Position numbers and translations under genes: made by a program. A model generated the notes under the pieces. It was not told the origin of the DNA, ran no database searches, and saw only the letters and a program-made list of their open reading frames with translations. A DNA stretch of 60,449 nt, the filler included, from Globobulimina sp. (Eukaryota): NCBI GenBank assembly GCA_003354225.1. It is 12 parts of 12 records of this genome, joined end to end, with 100 filler letters (N's around TTAATTAATTAA, not from the genome) between each part and the next. Parts side by side here need not be neighbours in the genome. Positions count along the whole stretch, not along the records: positions 10,103 to 15,052 come from PIVH01000821.1; positions 15,153 to 20,100 come from PIVH01000822.1; positions 20,201 to 25,146 come from PIVH01000823.1; 9 more parts are not named here. One strand, written 5' to 3'. Positions 11,794 through 24,849 of the stretch are shown here, piece after piece. The first letter of the stretch is position 1, and every line of letters begins with the position of its first letter.

Positions 11794-14700
11794 CTATTGA
11801 ACCATTTTTCGATAATTATCATAACTGAACAAATTATCAGCTTCTAACAATCCTTTCAATTCATTATGTGTCAATGATCCCAAATTGCGATGCGGCGAAT
11901 CCATCTCTTTTCTACTCTTACTTTTGTCGCTTACATTGCTGTACTGAGTATTTACGTCGCTCACATTATTTTTCTTACGGCGTTTTCTATAAAAAACCTC
12001 ATTGCCAATTTGCTCCGATTTCGCAGTAGAAATAGTCGGTGTGCCGTCAGGCACTCTTTCATTGATATTAATATGCGTCGAATGATATTTTTTATGGTGA
12101 ACCGCTGGATGCCTTAAGGCAAAGTCATCCAATCTAAGCGATGTAAGCGCCGGTTTGAGTGCATGCAGCGGCATAGTTTGTGGCGTGGTAGGCACAGTAA
12201 TCGGGGTACTCTGAGACGACACGGGATGGTACGATTTCTCTTCCACGGAATCGATTTCCGGCGTACACTCTCGCTGATGGATAATAGTCGATTCATCCAA
12301 TTGTTTGGCAGTCTGCAATACATTATATTTCTGTCCATTTGTGCTAGTCACAAAGGTACGAGAGCGTATTATGCGTTTTTTCCTCATTTTTTTAGGTTTT
12401 TTAATGGTGCCAATAGATTTACGCTTGGTGATATTATGGAAATTGCCGTTAGCATTTTGTCCATAGCGGACATGAATATTGTTTGGTGTCGAGATCAATG
12501 ATCGCGGCTTTGCCATGGAATTATTTGAAGTGTTGTCATCGCTCATAACATGCATATTGCTCAATATATCGCGTGCAGCAAACACACCATTGTCTGTATC
12601 ATGGAGAGGGAGAGATATAGCGGTATGTGCTGCAGGTACAGAGGAGAACTTTTTCATTGGATTGAATTTCTGCATATTGACAGCGCCCGCGGGTGCATGT
12701 GATAACTGTTTCCGGTGTGTTGGCTTCTTTTGGATGTTCGGTGCCATTGTATTGGATGTGCGGGCGGTTAAATTTGAATATGTATAAGATGGCGCATTGG
12801 AATATCTCGCGGACTGTACACAAACATACAACAGTACACAATTCAGAGTAATACGTATGTTTACATTTGATACAGTACATTTATATATATCTTTTATGGA
12901 GAAATAACGTAACTGATTGAGTATCACTTAATAATCTGATGGATGAGCGATTATCGCCTTGCTCTGTGGCATACAGTCCGATATTATCAGGTATGGAAAT
13001 ATCGGTACTCAAAACAGAGCCACTATACTGTATGGAATGCACCGTCATTGTATTCTTATTGCTGCTGTTGTTGCTCTGTTTGCTTTGCGTAGCTACCAAG
13101 GCAGGCAATGGTTTACTTTGATGCGTGTCCGCATGCACAGGCTTCTCTAACCCCGGCTCTATAATTGATAATTTATGCTGTGGCTGGTACATTGGAATAC
13201 CAATCATCTCTTGTAATGGTGCCACAGGTGTTTCTATCTCTAAATCACTGTCTTCATCCATCTGTTCGTAATCTACAAAATCGGACAACTCGTCATCTGC
13301 ATTGGCAATATCACCATCATCCGATGTATATTCTTCCTCTACGATATGTGGAACTAAATGCTTATCAATCTCCACCTCATTATCTTCATTAATAACCTGC
13401 GGTACATTAACATTCACATCATCGCCAATAATCATATTATCCATTGGCAGCATATTGGTACTGGCACAGCTACCAAGTTCTAAGCTGCCTTCTTCCGTAA
13501 ACATCAAGGCCGATAATTCAGTATCATCCGGCATAAATTTCACCCGTTGTCCATAATGACCATGGTTGGATTTATCATCATCTATAAATTGGTATTATGC
13601 GCACTTTCGCAGACTCAAAAAGCATAGATAAACATACCAAAATGGTTGGTGTAATTGGTATTGGTCCGAGAATAATTGGTATTGCTATCATGATAATCAG
13701 GCTCAGACTCGTCCATATCAGTATCATTCAAAATGTCCAATGTATTGGCACTGTATGACCTATTCAGAGAGGGGATATTGTGCGGTATTAACATCTTGAT
13801 AGTGCCGCCCATAGAGTCGCCAATACTTAATGGCATCGGACTGTCGTGTGCTAATCTGTCGGCCGTGCGTGTGTTTGAGGTCATGGTGGTGCGTGATTTG
13901 AATGATACAGTCATAGTGGTGCGCGATTTGAAGGACGATTTGCGTGATTTGTACGATGATTTACGCGATTTGTAGGAACTTTTGCGTGATTTGTAGGTGC
14001 CGCTACTAATGCTATTACTGCGCTTTCTGTACACTCTCCGCCGCTTTTTCTTCAGCCTCCCGCGTTTATTGCCGAGTTTAGCTACCTTTGGTGCGTTGGC
14101 GGATATACTTAAATCAGTGGGTAAACCATAACATTTGGGGTCTTCTTCGTTTTCTGCAGTCATATGTGTGGCCAAAAGAGGCGATGGTGGCATGGATTTA
14201 GTTGCTTTGGTGGGCGGTAATGGAGGTAATGGCTTTTGGAATCTCCTGCGTTTCTGGGTAGATTTGCTTCGACTGCGCGAGGACGGAGAAGGTGACAATG
14301 CGCGATTGGGAGCGGGGGAAGGCGATGTTTCTGGCATATACGCATTGTTATTGCCATTTGGAATATGCGCAGTATGAGCTTGTTCGTAATATTGTAACCG
14401 TTGCCGTAAGCGTTGATTATCACCTTCAACCTTTTTGGTACGTGTACGTACATCAGATGTATATATGTATAATGTGGGTATACGTACTCTGTTCAGTGTT
14501 TCTCGCAATTGCAGGTATTTCTGCTGTAACTCTTGTGACTGAGTGTAGCATTGTTTGAATGCGTTGTTTAATGAAGTGACTTTATGCAATAATTCAGCGC
14601 CATGTATCTTGCGTGAAACTCGATGCGATGCGATGAGGAGACCGTGTTTATCTGCACATTGGAAATATTTGTGTCCTCTGGCTGTGCCGTTATGACCATT

Positions 14701-14880
14701 CTTTACTGGGTCTGATAGGGTTAAACCGATATATTGTGTGCGTGGATCCCAATCCACAGTGCCTTTATAGGACACGATGCCGATTATTTTTTCTCCTTTT
14801 ACTAACACTACGTCGCCTATATTGCAAGGAACGATTGTGATGCCGTATAGTTTGCGGTTGGATGTATCTACTCCTTCCAT
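11794..14880 (-). CDS. CAP-Gly domain protein with coiled coil and long disordered tail; predicted 4 exons
   Basis: N-terminal IGDVVLV..GIVSYKG..YIGLTL..GHNGTARGHKYFQCADKHGLLI is CAP-Gly. Phase-compatible GT-AG introns at 14487-14431 (57 nt, in-frame), 13637-13582 (56 nt) and 12913-12814 (100 nt) join the three long ORFs. Confidence 0.85.
13878..13998 (-). repeat. Coding minisatellite: (S/T)(Y/F)KSRK-type 21-nt units x4 plus SFKSRTTMT x2
   Basis: Translation TYKSRKSSYKSRKSSYKSRKSSFKSRTTMTVSFKSRTTMT. Confidence 0.85.
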
Positions 14881-15152
14881 CTTTAAATTAGGTTTTTTTG
14901 ATTATGTTGAATGGCAGGATGGTTCAAAGATTAAAAAAAAGATGAATTAAAAAGTTTTTTTTGCAAACAACAGCTTCAGAAATTACGATGACTAGTATAT
15001 ATATATATATATATCATGCATGTTATAGAACGGATACAATGTTGTACATAATNNNNNNNNNNNNNNNNNNNNNNNNNNNNNNNNNNNNNNNNNNNNTTAA
15101 TTAATTAANNNNNNNNNNNNNNNNNNNNNNNNNNNNNNNNNNNNNNNNNNNN

Positions 15153-16620
15153 CAAAGGTTTTGGGGGTTTATGCATTCGCAATATACAAAATTTAATCGC
15201 GCCAGCATACATTTCCGGGATCCATAAAATTGTAAAATTTTTATGGAATGTATTAGACATTGAAATATTATACAGAACGGGCGGTAATATCAGGAATAAT
15301 ATACAAAAAGCGATCAAATGGAATAACATTAATACAACAAAGCGATACAACATTGAAATTGGTGAAGTTTTCCATAATTTGGATAACCTAAATATGATTG
15401 GATACGAATCAGAAAACGAGTCTATTGATTGTAGCATAGAATTATTTGAAAATATGCTAAAAAATGCCAAGCTAAAACCTGACAATGAAGATGAAGAAAA
15501 AATGCACGTTGATGATGATGAGAGTGAGTATGCAAATAATATATTATACGAAGTAAATAAAAAACTAAAAACGCGGTGTATAACTTATGGGATTGAGAAC
15601 AAAATATATCACAAATTATTTGATAACGCAAGTATTGCGGATAAAATCCGAATGAACGCGAGAAGATCCGATAAATGTATGACATTTTTAAATAATATAA
15701 TTGGTATTGATTGGTTGAATGAGATGGATTTAAACAACCATGATTTGAATTTATTGATACGTATTTTGTATGGATTACCATTATTAGATAAACACAGTGA
15801 AATAGTCTGCAATCAGTGTCATAGTAAAGTACATAGCAAAGATGTATTAGAACATATAAATAAATGCAGATTTGGCCCGAGAGCCCATCATTTTAGGCAT
15901 GATAACATTGCTTATTATTTATTTAAATTATTTGATAACGAATTTGATGACGTGACGTATGAGATTAAATCAAGAAAAAATGGTAAAAGCAATGAAAAAC
16001 CGGATATGTGGATAAATAATTCGATTGAATATGAAAAAGACAAATTTAGCAAATTAATACTCGACGTAGTTATAAGTGACATTTATAGTGATGAAAATAA
16101 ACAAAATACTGAGAACGATAAGATATCACATTTTATGGCAGGAAAAATTGGAGAAAGAAATAAATATTCAAATTATGAAAACAAGTTTGAAGCGGACTTA
16201 TTAAATGGATACAAATTTATGCCTTTGGCTTTTGATAGTTTTGGTGGAATCAGCAAATATGTAAAGAAAATATGTAATGCGGCATTGAAATACAAAGCAG
16301 AGAGATTAAAAAAGGATATTATGATTTTGAAAAATAATTTTTATGCAAAGTTTGCAATTTTTATGAAGAAAAACATTATTAAAACATTAAAAAATCATTT
16401 TACATTAAAGTAATCGTATCCGGATAACCAACTTCGTTTTTAATTTTGATGATTTGTTATGTTTTGTTTTGTTAATTTTAGCAACCAATCTAATTTTTGT
16501 TTTTATATTATTTATTTGTTTTTATTTATTTGTTTGATTGGTGTGCTTTTTGTTATTGGTCAATACAACGAAACGTTTGTGTTTGTTTCGTAGTATTTAT
16601 AAAAATGTTTGACTTATTTA
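15153..16620 (+). mobile_element. 3' part of a CRE-like non-LTR retrotransposon (zinc knuckle + restriction-like endonuclease) with T-rich 3' UTR
   Basis: The frame is open from the contig edge (KGFGGLCIRN) to the stop at 16413. It has CNQC...H...C, RHDNI, KPD, LDVVI, KYSNY and FMPLAFDSFGG, the RLE signature. Confidence 0.88.
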
Positions 16621-16627
16621 GTTATGA

Positions 16628-19600
16628 GGTTGCCGTGACACATTCAAATGCGACGTACAAAACTGCGAAGCGTCGAAGAAGCAGTGGTTGAGACGGTCAA
16701 CACTTACGAAGCATATATTGAGCAACATCGATAAACCGAATCATGTAAACACGAAATACTTCGAGGCATTCAATGAGAAAATGTGCAGCATCGCAGACTG
16801 TCACACAATTTTATCAAAGCAGTGTACCAATGATAACTGCACAGAATGCACGAAACGAATAACTTTTGAGACGTTCAATCATTTGAATGTGCCGTCCATT
16901 GATAATCTGAACGATTTTGAAATGGCGCAAATTCAGACGGAGCACAAAATGGACGTTTCTGAGGAAAAGGAATCGCAAATTGTGGCAATTCCGACGTTTA
17001 ATAACATTTGGTTTTGCAAACTCAAATGGATTGAAAACATACCAATCCGTTTTAGCAAATTAGTAATCAAAACGTTCACATATTTGATCTGGAACGTAGT
17101 CAACAACAACGACGTCATTTCATGGCTAAGTTTAGCGTTATTTGCCAGAGTCGGCTTAGCGAAGTTTAAGCGAGGCGGCAAAGGCAATAATAAGCGGAAC
17201 TATAACACGTTGAAGAAACGAATGGATCGCATCGCCAGTGGTCAAATCATAGAAATGTTCAACGAAATGATCGTGGACTTACGAAACCAGCCACAAATTA
17301 ATAGCCCGCATACACAAAAACCAGTGACGAAACCAGGCGTTATCTCGCATGGCATGAAAAAGAAAATTATTAAACTCGTCAAGAAGGGCCATACGAGGGA
17401 TGCATTGAAAGTAATTGACAGCAATGGCATAGCCGACCTGCGAGACCCTGACAAAATGGATTTATTGAAATCGAAATTCCCAACGGGCCAAATTGTGGAA
17501 ATGAAACCGTTGACGGATGCGCATCGAACGCAAAATATCGATATTGAAATCATTGACAAATTTATCGGTAAATTGAACGATTGCGCCGCTCCGGGAATCA
17601 TCGGATTGTCCAACAACCATATTATGCAACTATGGAAACAGAGAGTTGGCACCGATTTAGATACAGCATTTGAGGCAATATTCAAACTTATGATCAATGG
17701 ACAAATGAATGAAGCGGTCGTGCCGTACATCAACGGCGGCAGACTTATCCCAGCAAATAAATTGAAAAATGGCCAGTTTTATGACATTCGGCCCATTATA
17801 ATCAGCAATTCCTTAATTACGATCTCTACGATGATCGGCCAAGAATTAGCCGCACCACAAATAAAATTAGCCATAGATCCGACGCAAATAAGTGCGGATA
17901 AGTCCGGTGCACAAGGCATGATTATGGGATTTGAAGGGGCGCGAAATCACATTATGAGAAACCCCGAATTGATACTTGTACAAAAAGATTGGAGCAATTA
18001 TGTTAACAATGTAAGTCGGAAAATAACATTGGATTTATTACACAGCAAAGTCCCTACAATGTACCCTCAGGCCTTCCAACTTTACCACAAACCATATTAC
18101 ATTTACATGGCAACAAATGATTGGTTGGCTAACGAGGAAGGTCTGGGACAAGGCAGCACGTCATCGAATACAATAACTGCCGTAGTATCCAAGCATTTTA
18201 ATGAAATCGTATTACAAAAATGCCTCGAAATCAAGCCGGACTTTAAAAAACGTGGAGAAGCCGGCTATGTCGACGACACATTTGAATTATTAACAATCGC
18301 CGACGCAAATTTGTACATTAAAATCATCAAATTAATAGGACCGGTTTTTGGATTTATATTGAATGAGTCCAAGAGCATATAACCTGCGCCGGAAACAAAG
18401 ATCTAATATGGCATTTATTATCTGATGATTTGAAGAACTTTAAATTCCATGAAAATGGGAATTCGGAGTGTTTAAATATTCCGATTGGTTCCGAAGATTA
18501 TGTGATTAAACAGATGGAGATCAAAATTGCCACAATCAAGAAAAGTATCGGCAAAATTGCAGGTTTGGACATAGTACATTTACAGATGAAAGTGATGAAG
18601 GATTATATAAATATATCAAATATGATTTATTGGTTCAACTCTCTGCCACCGTACATCAGCTTAATTGTGGCAAGAAAGTTTGACAAAATGCTGCGTGAAT
18701 TGCTGTCCATGATGGGAGGATTTATGCTGTCGGACAATGAGTTTTTACATTGTAGTCTTTCGACGAAAAAAGCTGGCTTAGGTATGCGCACCGCTACAGA
18801 TAAAATTAGCGCGATCTATTTGCCCTCGATATTCGCCGCGAAGAAGATATGTAAGAAATTGTTGGATGCGGACATCTATGAAGATCTCATGAAGATAATC
18901 GACGAACGCACAGCCTACGCATTATCGCTATATAATGCGTCAGTAACAGAGAGATATCAAATCACCGAATTTGACGCATCCATACACACAACCAAATGGA
19001 TGATAAATGCCATTCAAGCACGGCAATTAAATCAATTATTGGCTGCTGCGACGGGGAAACATAAAGCTGCACTAAACTCGCAATGCAATCGCAATGCGAA
19101 CGCGTGGCTCAATGCGTCAATGTCGAGTGGCTATGGAATGTTTTATAGCAATCCGGAATTCCGGATATTAATGAAACGCAAATTGAGACATGAATTAATT
19201 ATCAATAATGATCGATGTATCTGCTGTGAGGACAAAATTGATTCATACGGTGATCATGGCGTGATTTGCAAGCATGGACAAGGAATCATATACAAACATG
19301 ATTTAATTGTTTATGGTATCTCAACATTATTAAAATCAGCCAAAATAAAACATTCAATCGAAAAAAGACACATCTTCGACAACAACAACATGAAACCCGC
19401 AGATATATACATCAATAATTGGGGAGAGAACGGCGAATCGATTGCAATCGACATTGGCGTAACGTCAGTTGTATGCAATAGCCGTTTCACAACCGCCGCA
19501 TTGAAGAAATTGAGTGCAGCGAATAGTTTCTTCCAACATAAAACAAATAAATACAATAACTACTTAGACGCAAATAGAGAGAAACTGAGAGATTTAATAT

Positions 19601-20072
19601 ATCTGCCGATTATTTTTGAAGATTACGGTGGAATGCACAAACAAACAGTAAAATTTATCAAGAAATTAGCAAAGCTTCGAGCGGCGACGATCAATGAAGA
19701 TATCTCAACATCAACGGGATATTGCTTTGAATTTTTATCCGCCAAACTTCAAAAAGCGAACGCAGTCTCGCTATTACATCATTATTCAATATACAATGAT
19801 GAAAATAGAATAAATCAATAGTTAGTGAGGGAATAGTATTTAAGATGACATTATCAATCTTTATTTATTTATTTACAATGATTATTACATTGGGATACCA
19901 GCTACAGTGTAAATTGCAACTGCTGACTCTTTATTTGTTTGTTTGAGTTTTTCTTTGTTGTTTTTTGTGATTGCATTTGCTTTTCATTGTTTGTATGGTT
20001 TGAGTTAAATCTATTTAATTAAATTCATGGATACCATAGGTTTAAATGGTTCTTTCTACTAAAAAAAAAAAA
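16628..20072 (+). mobile_element. CRE-like non-LTR retrotransposon (degenerate C2H2 finger, RT, zinc knuckle, RLE, 3' UTR, poly-A) with one frameshift near 18375-18382
   Basis: FKCDVQNC...LTKHI lies just upstream of the called start. RT motifs: APGIIG, GRLIPANK, IRPIII, QKDWSN, GLGQG, GYVDD, LNESKS. After a -1 shift: LNIPIGS, AGLGMR, ANAWL, CICC...DHGVIC, KHD, KPADI, AIDIGV, KTNKY, LPIIFEDYGG. Stop at 19821, then a T-rich UTR and A12 at 20061-20072. Confidence 0.92.
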
Positions 20073-20449
20073 TCACAACATGAATTGGAAAAACAAGTGG
20101 NNNNNNNNNNNNNNNNNNNNNNNNNNNNNNNNNNNNNNNNNNNNTTAATTAATTAANNNNNNNNNNNNNNNNNNNNNNNNNNNNNNNNNNNNNNNNNNNN
20201 AGTGCACATTGTGTTGTTGGTAAGATGAGTGTTTTGGATAATGTCCGATTTTGCGAATTTATACATTGCAGCTGCTTTGAACGAAATAACAACGTCACGT
20301 CGAGATAATTCGTGTTTTGTATCAAATGTGTTGTCGAAATGCTGAAGTTGCAGTAACAGTTTTAGTTTGTTTGAGTAAAAAACATTAATATAACTAAATT
20401 GGGTCATGTCACCAAAAATTGGGCCATAAATCCTCAGATTCACATAACA

Positions 20450-21817
20450 TTACACAAGTTGGTGTTTCCTGGCACTTTTTTTTGTTTTTGTATGTTTTAA
20501 ACTTATTCTTAATTCTTTGTATTTTGAATGAATATATGTCTGTATTTCATTTAAAATCGGCAATATAAATTGTATTTCATTCAAAGCCAATAAATATATC
20601 AATAATAATTGCGATGGATCAAAAAAGACCCATTGTTTGCCAATGTCGCCATCCTTATTATCACCAGAACAATGTGAGTCATATCCATGTTTCAATCCAA
20701 TTCCTTTGTCCTGCGGATATTTCGCATGATACATATTTCCATTCAAACACAAACAAACAAACAATTTATTTGCGCCATGCCCATAGGCCTTGGCAAATTG
20801 TGCATCATTCGATGTATAGATACCTTTGCCATAATATCCAACATCAGTTTGATGTTTTAATTTTTGCCCATCGGGGACCTTCAAACTCTGTTTTTTAATC
20901 ACTTCGAAGTTCGTTTTCCGAGTCCAATGATAACAAATTTGCGGTTTACAGCGGTCTGCGCCCAATCTTTTACTCGCGCTCATTTCAACATATTTTGTAA
21001 TAAACGCCAATGTATGTTTTATATTTATAATACACGAATTATTGCTGCTATATTTGCGCGCAATGTCGATTATTGCCATACTCATTTTATTTTTTAATGT
21101 AGGCGTCGATATTATATTTACTTTTGGTTTTGGTTTAGATTTATTACAATTTGAACACACATTCGATGTGGGATCGAGGTTCATAATCAAGCACCGGCTG
21201 CAAAACCAAGCAACAGTGTCTTTTGCGAGTTCCCTTTGTATTTTTAACGCAAATTTATAATCTTGTTTTATTTCATATTCATCTCTTTGGTATTTTTCAT
21301 CCAAATGTTTCGCAGCGAGGGTGTCAGTGTCAAACATTGCTTGTCTCGTTTCATCCTCGTGTTGCATTTGTTGGATCAGCAATAAAGTTGCTTCTTCATC
21401 GTCGATTTTACTGTCAAGCTCATTATTGTTATGGTCATATTTTTGTTCTTCAGCATTAACGAATAGATTGGACTCAATGCATTGAGTGTTTTGTGGATAG
21501 GGCTCAATGATATCGATATCAATTTGATAATAACACACTTCACAGTATGGCAAGTTGACGTGATTCATAAATGTGCAAACTGGGCATTTCCAATCAGTAT
21601 TATTGTTGTTGTTGTTATCGACAGTTTTAATGTGATTATTATCTGTTCGATGAATTCGTTGGACGTCAGGTGTACTAATAAATAGTCGTTCTATCTCATT
21701 TTGGGCGGATTCATTTTTAGTGCATATTTTTAGTGTTTCACACATTTCACACGTTATAGTATTGGGACTGTTTTGATAATGGCACAGATAGCATTCCCAA
21801 CCTATCATTTTCTTCAT
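20450..21817 (-). CDS. RanBP2/NZF zinc-finger (x3) protein with C-terminal PARP-like ADP-ribosyltransferase domain
   Basis: Three W-x-C-x2-C-x3-N-x6/7-C-x2-C fingers. ART motifs: YHWT, YYGKGIYTS, FAKAYG, LFVCL, GYDSH, QWVFFDPSQLL. Confidence 0.85.
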   Translation of the reverse strand: MKKMIGWECYLCHYQNSPNTITCEMCETLKICTKNESAQNEIERLFISTPDVQRIHRTDNNHIKTVDNNNNNNTDWKCPVCTFMNHVNLPYCEVCYYQIDIDIIEPYPQNTQCIESNLFVNAEEQKYDHNNNELDSKIDDEEATLLLIQQMQHEDETRQAMFDTDTLAAKHLDEKYQRDEYEIKQDYKFALKIQRELAKDTVAWFCSRCLIMNLDPTSNVCSNCNKSKPKPKVNIISTPTLKNKMSMAIIDIARKYSSNNSCIINIKHTLAFITKYVEMSASKRLGADRCKPQICYHWTRKTNFEVIKKQSLKVPDGQKLKHQTDVGYYGKGIYTSNDAQFAKAYGHGANKLFVCLCLNGNMYHAKYPQDKGIGLKHGYDSHCSGDNKDGDIGKQWVFFDPSQLLLIYLLALNEIQFILPILNEIQTYIHSKYKELRISLKHTKTKKSARKHQLV

Positions 21818-21953
21818 TGGATAGTAAAGTTAAGAAATAAGAACGGAAACAATTAGTATAATTTCGTTTAGATGATTATTCTTTGAAAATCGTTTATTAC
21901 AAAGTTTTTACTAGTAACTAACTAAAACTAAGTACAAGTCTGCCACTAGCACA

Positions 21954-24849
21954 ATGATAGAATTACTAACATTATCCACATCAGCCATCATATCACTACT
22001 ATGTTTAATATTGTGTTTATTATTACATGTTGGTTCACACTTCACTTTCAGACAATGTGTAAAAGCAAGAAAAGCAAGAATCTCTCATCGAAATGTGCCA
22101 ATGTTAGCCACCAAGCCACCACATACTAAAAAAAACGCAAACAACAACAGCGGCGATAATTTTATGATTCACGAGGAATTATTTCGTTCGCGATCATTCT
22201 GCCAAAGTTGTATCAGCCCCGTTGACGAAAATTTTGACTTTTTCCCAGTCTCATTTGTGTTATACTTAATGCACATTATCCTGCTAACCGCCATAATAAT
22301 ATATAAGCTCCACATGTTACCACACAACATTATGCACCATCTATTCGCTAACTTTTCTTCCCAAATGCGCAGCTATGACAGTTTGAATTTCTCCATCCAC
22401 AGCACACACACACATAACATGCTTGATTGGATATTAATATATTCCATGGTATTCCTCTCGATATGGGATTCATTATTTTCTTTCTATCGCTATTATACCA
22501 CTATGTATTGCGCGGTTAATTTTAGTTTGTTGTCCGTCAAAACCACATTAAAACACTTCTGTGTCTATGCCATTCCATATTTTATCGTCTACGCCTTACA
22601 CATTCATATGTATTATTATCTATATCCACTGCTGATAATATCGCACACAATCTTCAATTTTTGGTGTAATTGGATGTTTTGCAAAATATTAATCGATTCC
22701 ACTATGCAGTATACAAGTTACGTCCATATAGAAACACTGCAAATGTCTGCATACAAACGCGAACATACACAAATGCACAGAAACAGAGATCTATTCCATC
22801 GACAACGGACATTCGGAAATGTTGGAATCTGTATATTTTATGCGTCGAATGTCCATATTCTGGTGTTTTATATCAGTTTTGTGTCAAGCTTTATTTGTGG
22901 TGACATTCAATATTGAAATCATATATTTTTATCCATTTTTATGGTGTCTGGGATGCGGTGTCTTCAGTTTAAATTTTGTGCGAAATCGCAGCAGGATTTA
23001 TGAAAATTGCTTTAAATTATACCAAATATGTAAACACTGCATATTATGTCACAAATGCATTAAAAACATAAAAAATAGAAAATGTACAGATACGTCAACG
23101 GTTTTGCCGGTGTGGAACCCGCAAATAACGCCCACCACACCCGATGGTGACGCGGATGAGATTGACAGCAATGCGGATAAAAAAAGTGAAGGCTCGATCG
23201 GAAATGACATGGTGTCAACGCCCAACTCCACAGATGTGGAATTAACAAAAAGCGACACAAAATCAGGTGGTGCGGGGACCTGTACTCATACGTTGATGGA
23301 TAGCATCGATGAGAAGGATGAAATTGGCGATATTGATGTGTTTGAGGACGAAGAAGAAATTATTTATTCCATTTATGACGATCCGGTGAGTATAATGGCG
23401 TTGAATCGAAATAGTTTTATTAATAAACGACACAGTCTGCTAAATACAGACAATAAACATCAATTAAATACTACTTTGGACTCCAATGAGTTGGCACAGT
23501 TTCAGAATATGTCGATGTCGATGTCGATGGAGACGGATGGGGATGAATACGAAGAAGAGGAACCGCAGCCAATTAGTTACTTTATATTTATCCTCATAAA
23601 TCTGGTTCATTTTTCCTCGGAGTGTTGTTGTGTACATTTGTTGTCTTTATACATCTGCATTTTCGTCTCAATATATTAAAAAACAGCTTGAACAAATATT
23701 TTTGGCCAGAAACGGTCCCAATATCTGACCATTAAAAATTAAATTAACGATTTGATGATCGGATATTCAGAACATTCCTGGACAAAAATTTGAGCTGTTT
23801 TTAAGGTAAAAATATCATAAATTATATGCAATTTGCACATCAAAGGCCAGACAAAGACGAGTAAAGCATTGGACATATTGGGAATAACAGCAGATATCAG
23901 TAAAAAGAGAAGGAGTATATTTGCGAAACTAAATAAATTAAATATGTTTGACAGTAATAGCACTTTAACTGCGCCAATATTTCGTAGCATGATGACCAAA
24001 CAGAGAGTGCGGAGTTTGTCAAATAACGATTTACCAAAACCTGACGCAAATACATTAAAACCTAAACACTCAAAATCAACTTCGAAAATACTTCCATCTC
24101 ACTCTAAAAATTGGAATGCATTAAAACTAAATTTAAAACCATCTCAATCTGAAAATATTCATCGCACGCAATGTTCTGACACGATTCCAATATTCCAACC
24201 AAGCAATAAAGCACATGTACATTTCAATGGTGTTCCTGAACAAAAACAAGATTTTAATAAATTTACCATGGAAATTACAAATAAATTGGAAATGCTCCGC
24301 TGCAAATCCAATGCTTCCATTGTACGAAGATTGGAATATCAAAATCAGACTCGTTTGCCGCGCGGTCCATTGCCAACTGAAAAAAAAATGAATTCAAAGC
24401 GGAGTTTATCAGAACCAAACTCACCGAAAAAAATGCAACAATTTTTTGGACAAATTACCAAAAATTCTCCAGCAGAAAAGCGTCGGTCTCCGGATCCGGA
24501 TTATATTCAAATTGCAGACAATCAAAAGGAAATAAATAAAGTAAAATTTGTCAATACAATGTCGGAACCAATTTTTAGGCCAATTGTACGAAATGAATTT
24601 GTGGCAAAAGCTACAGGTCCGAAACATAGGAAAACGCCATCTCAAGGAAATACGCCCATTGATATGGGGAAAATGGTGGATTTCATGGGTGGGAGCAATA
24701 AGAAATTGATTGATAAACATACAAAGTTGGCAAATACTTTGAATGTGTTGGTGTTACAAGGATTTTATTCTAGAAAAAGTTTAATTTCTCATCAGCAGTT
24801 AACAACATATAATAAGAAGGGACATACATTAAAAACAATTGATGAATGA
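21954..24849 (+). CDS. Multi-pass (about 7 TM, GPCR-like) membrane protein with long disordered C-terminal tail; predicted 3 exons
   Basis: Hydrophobic segments lie in ORFs 21954-22916 and 22819-23679. Phase-compatible GT-AG introns at 22717-22780 (64 nt) and 23576-23845 (270 nt, less certain) link them to the hydrophilic ORF ending at 24849. Confidence 0.6.

Noticed and set aside
5317..19821. RTs as retron, DGR, group II intron or defence-associated RTs
   Set aside because: They are fused to APE or RLE endonucleases with non-LTR motif order and a poly-A tail; there is no TR/VR pair or msr-msd.
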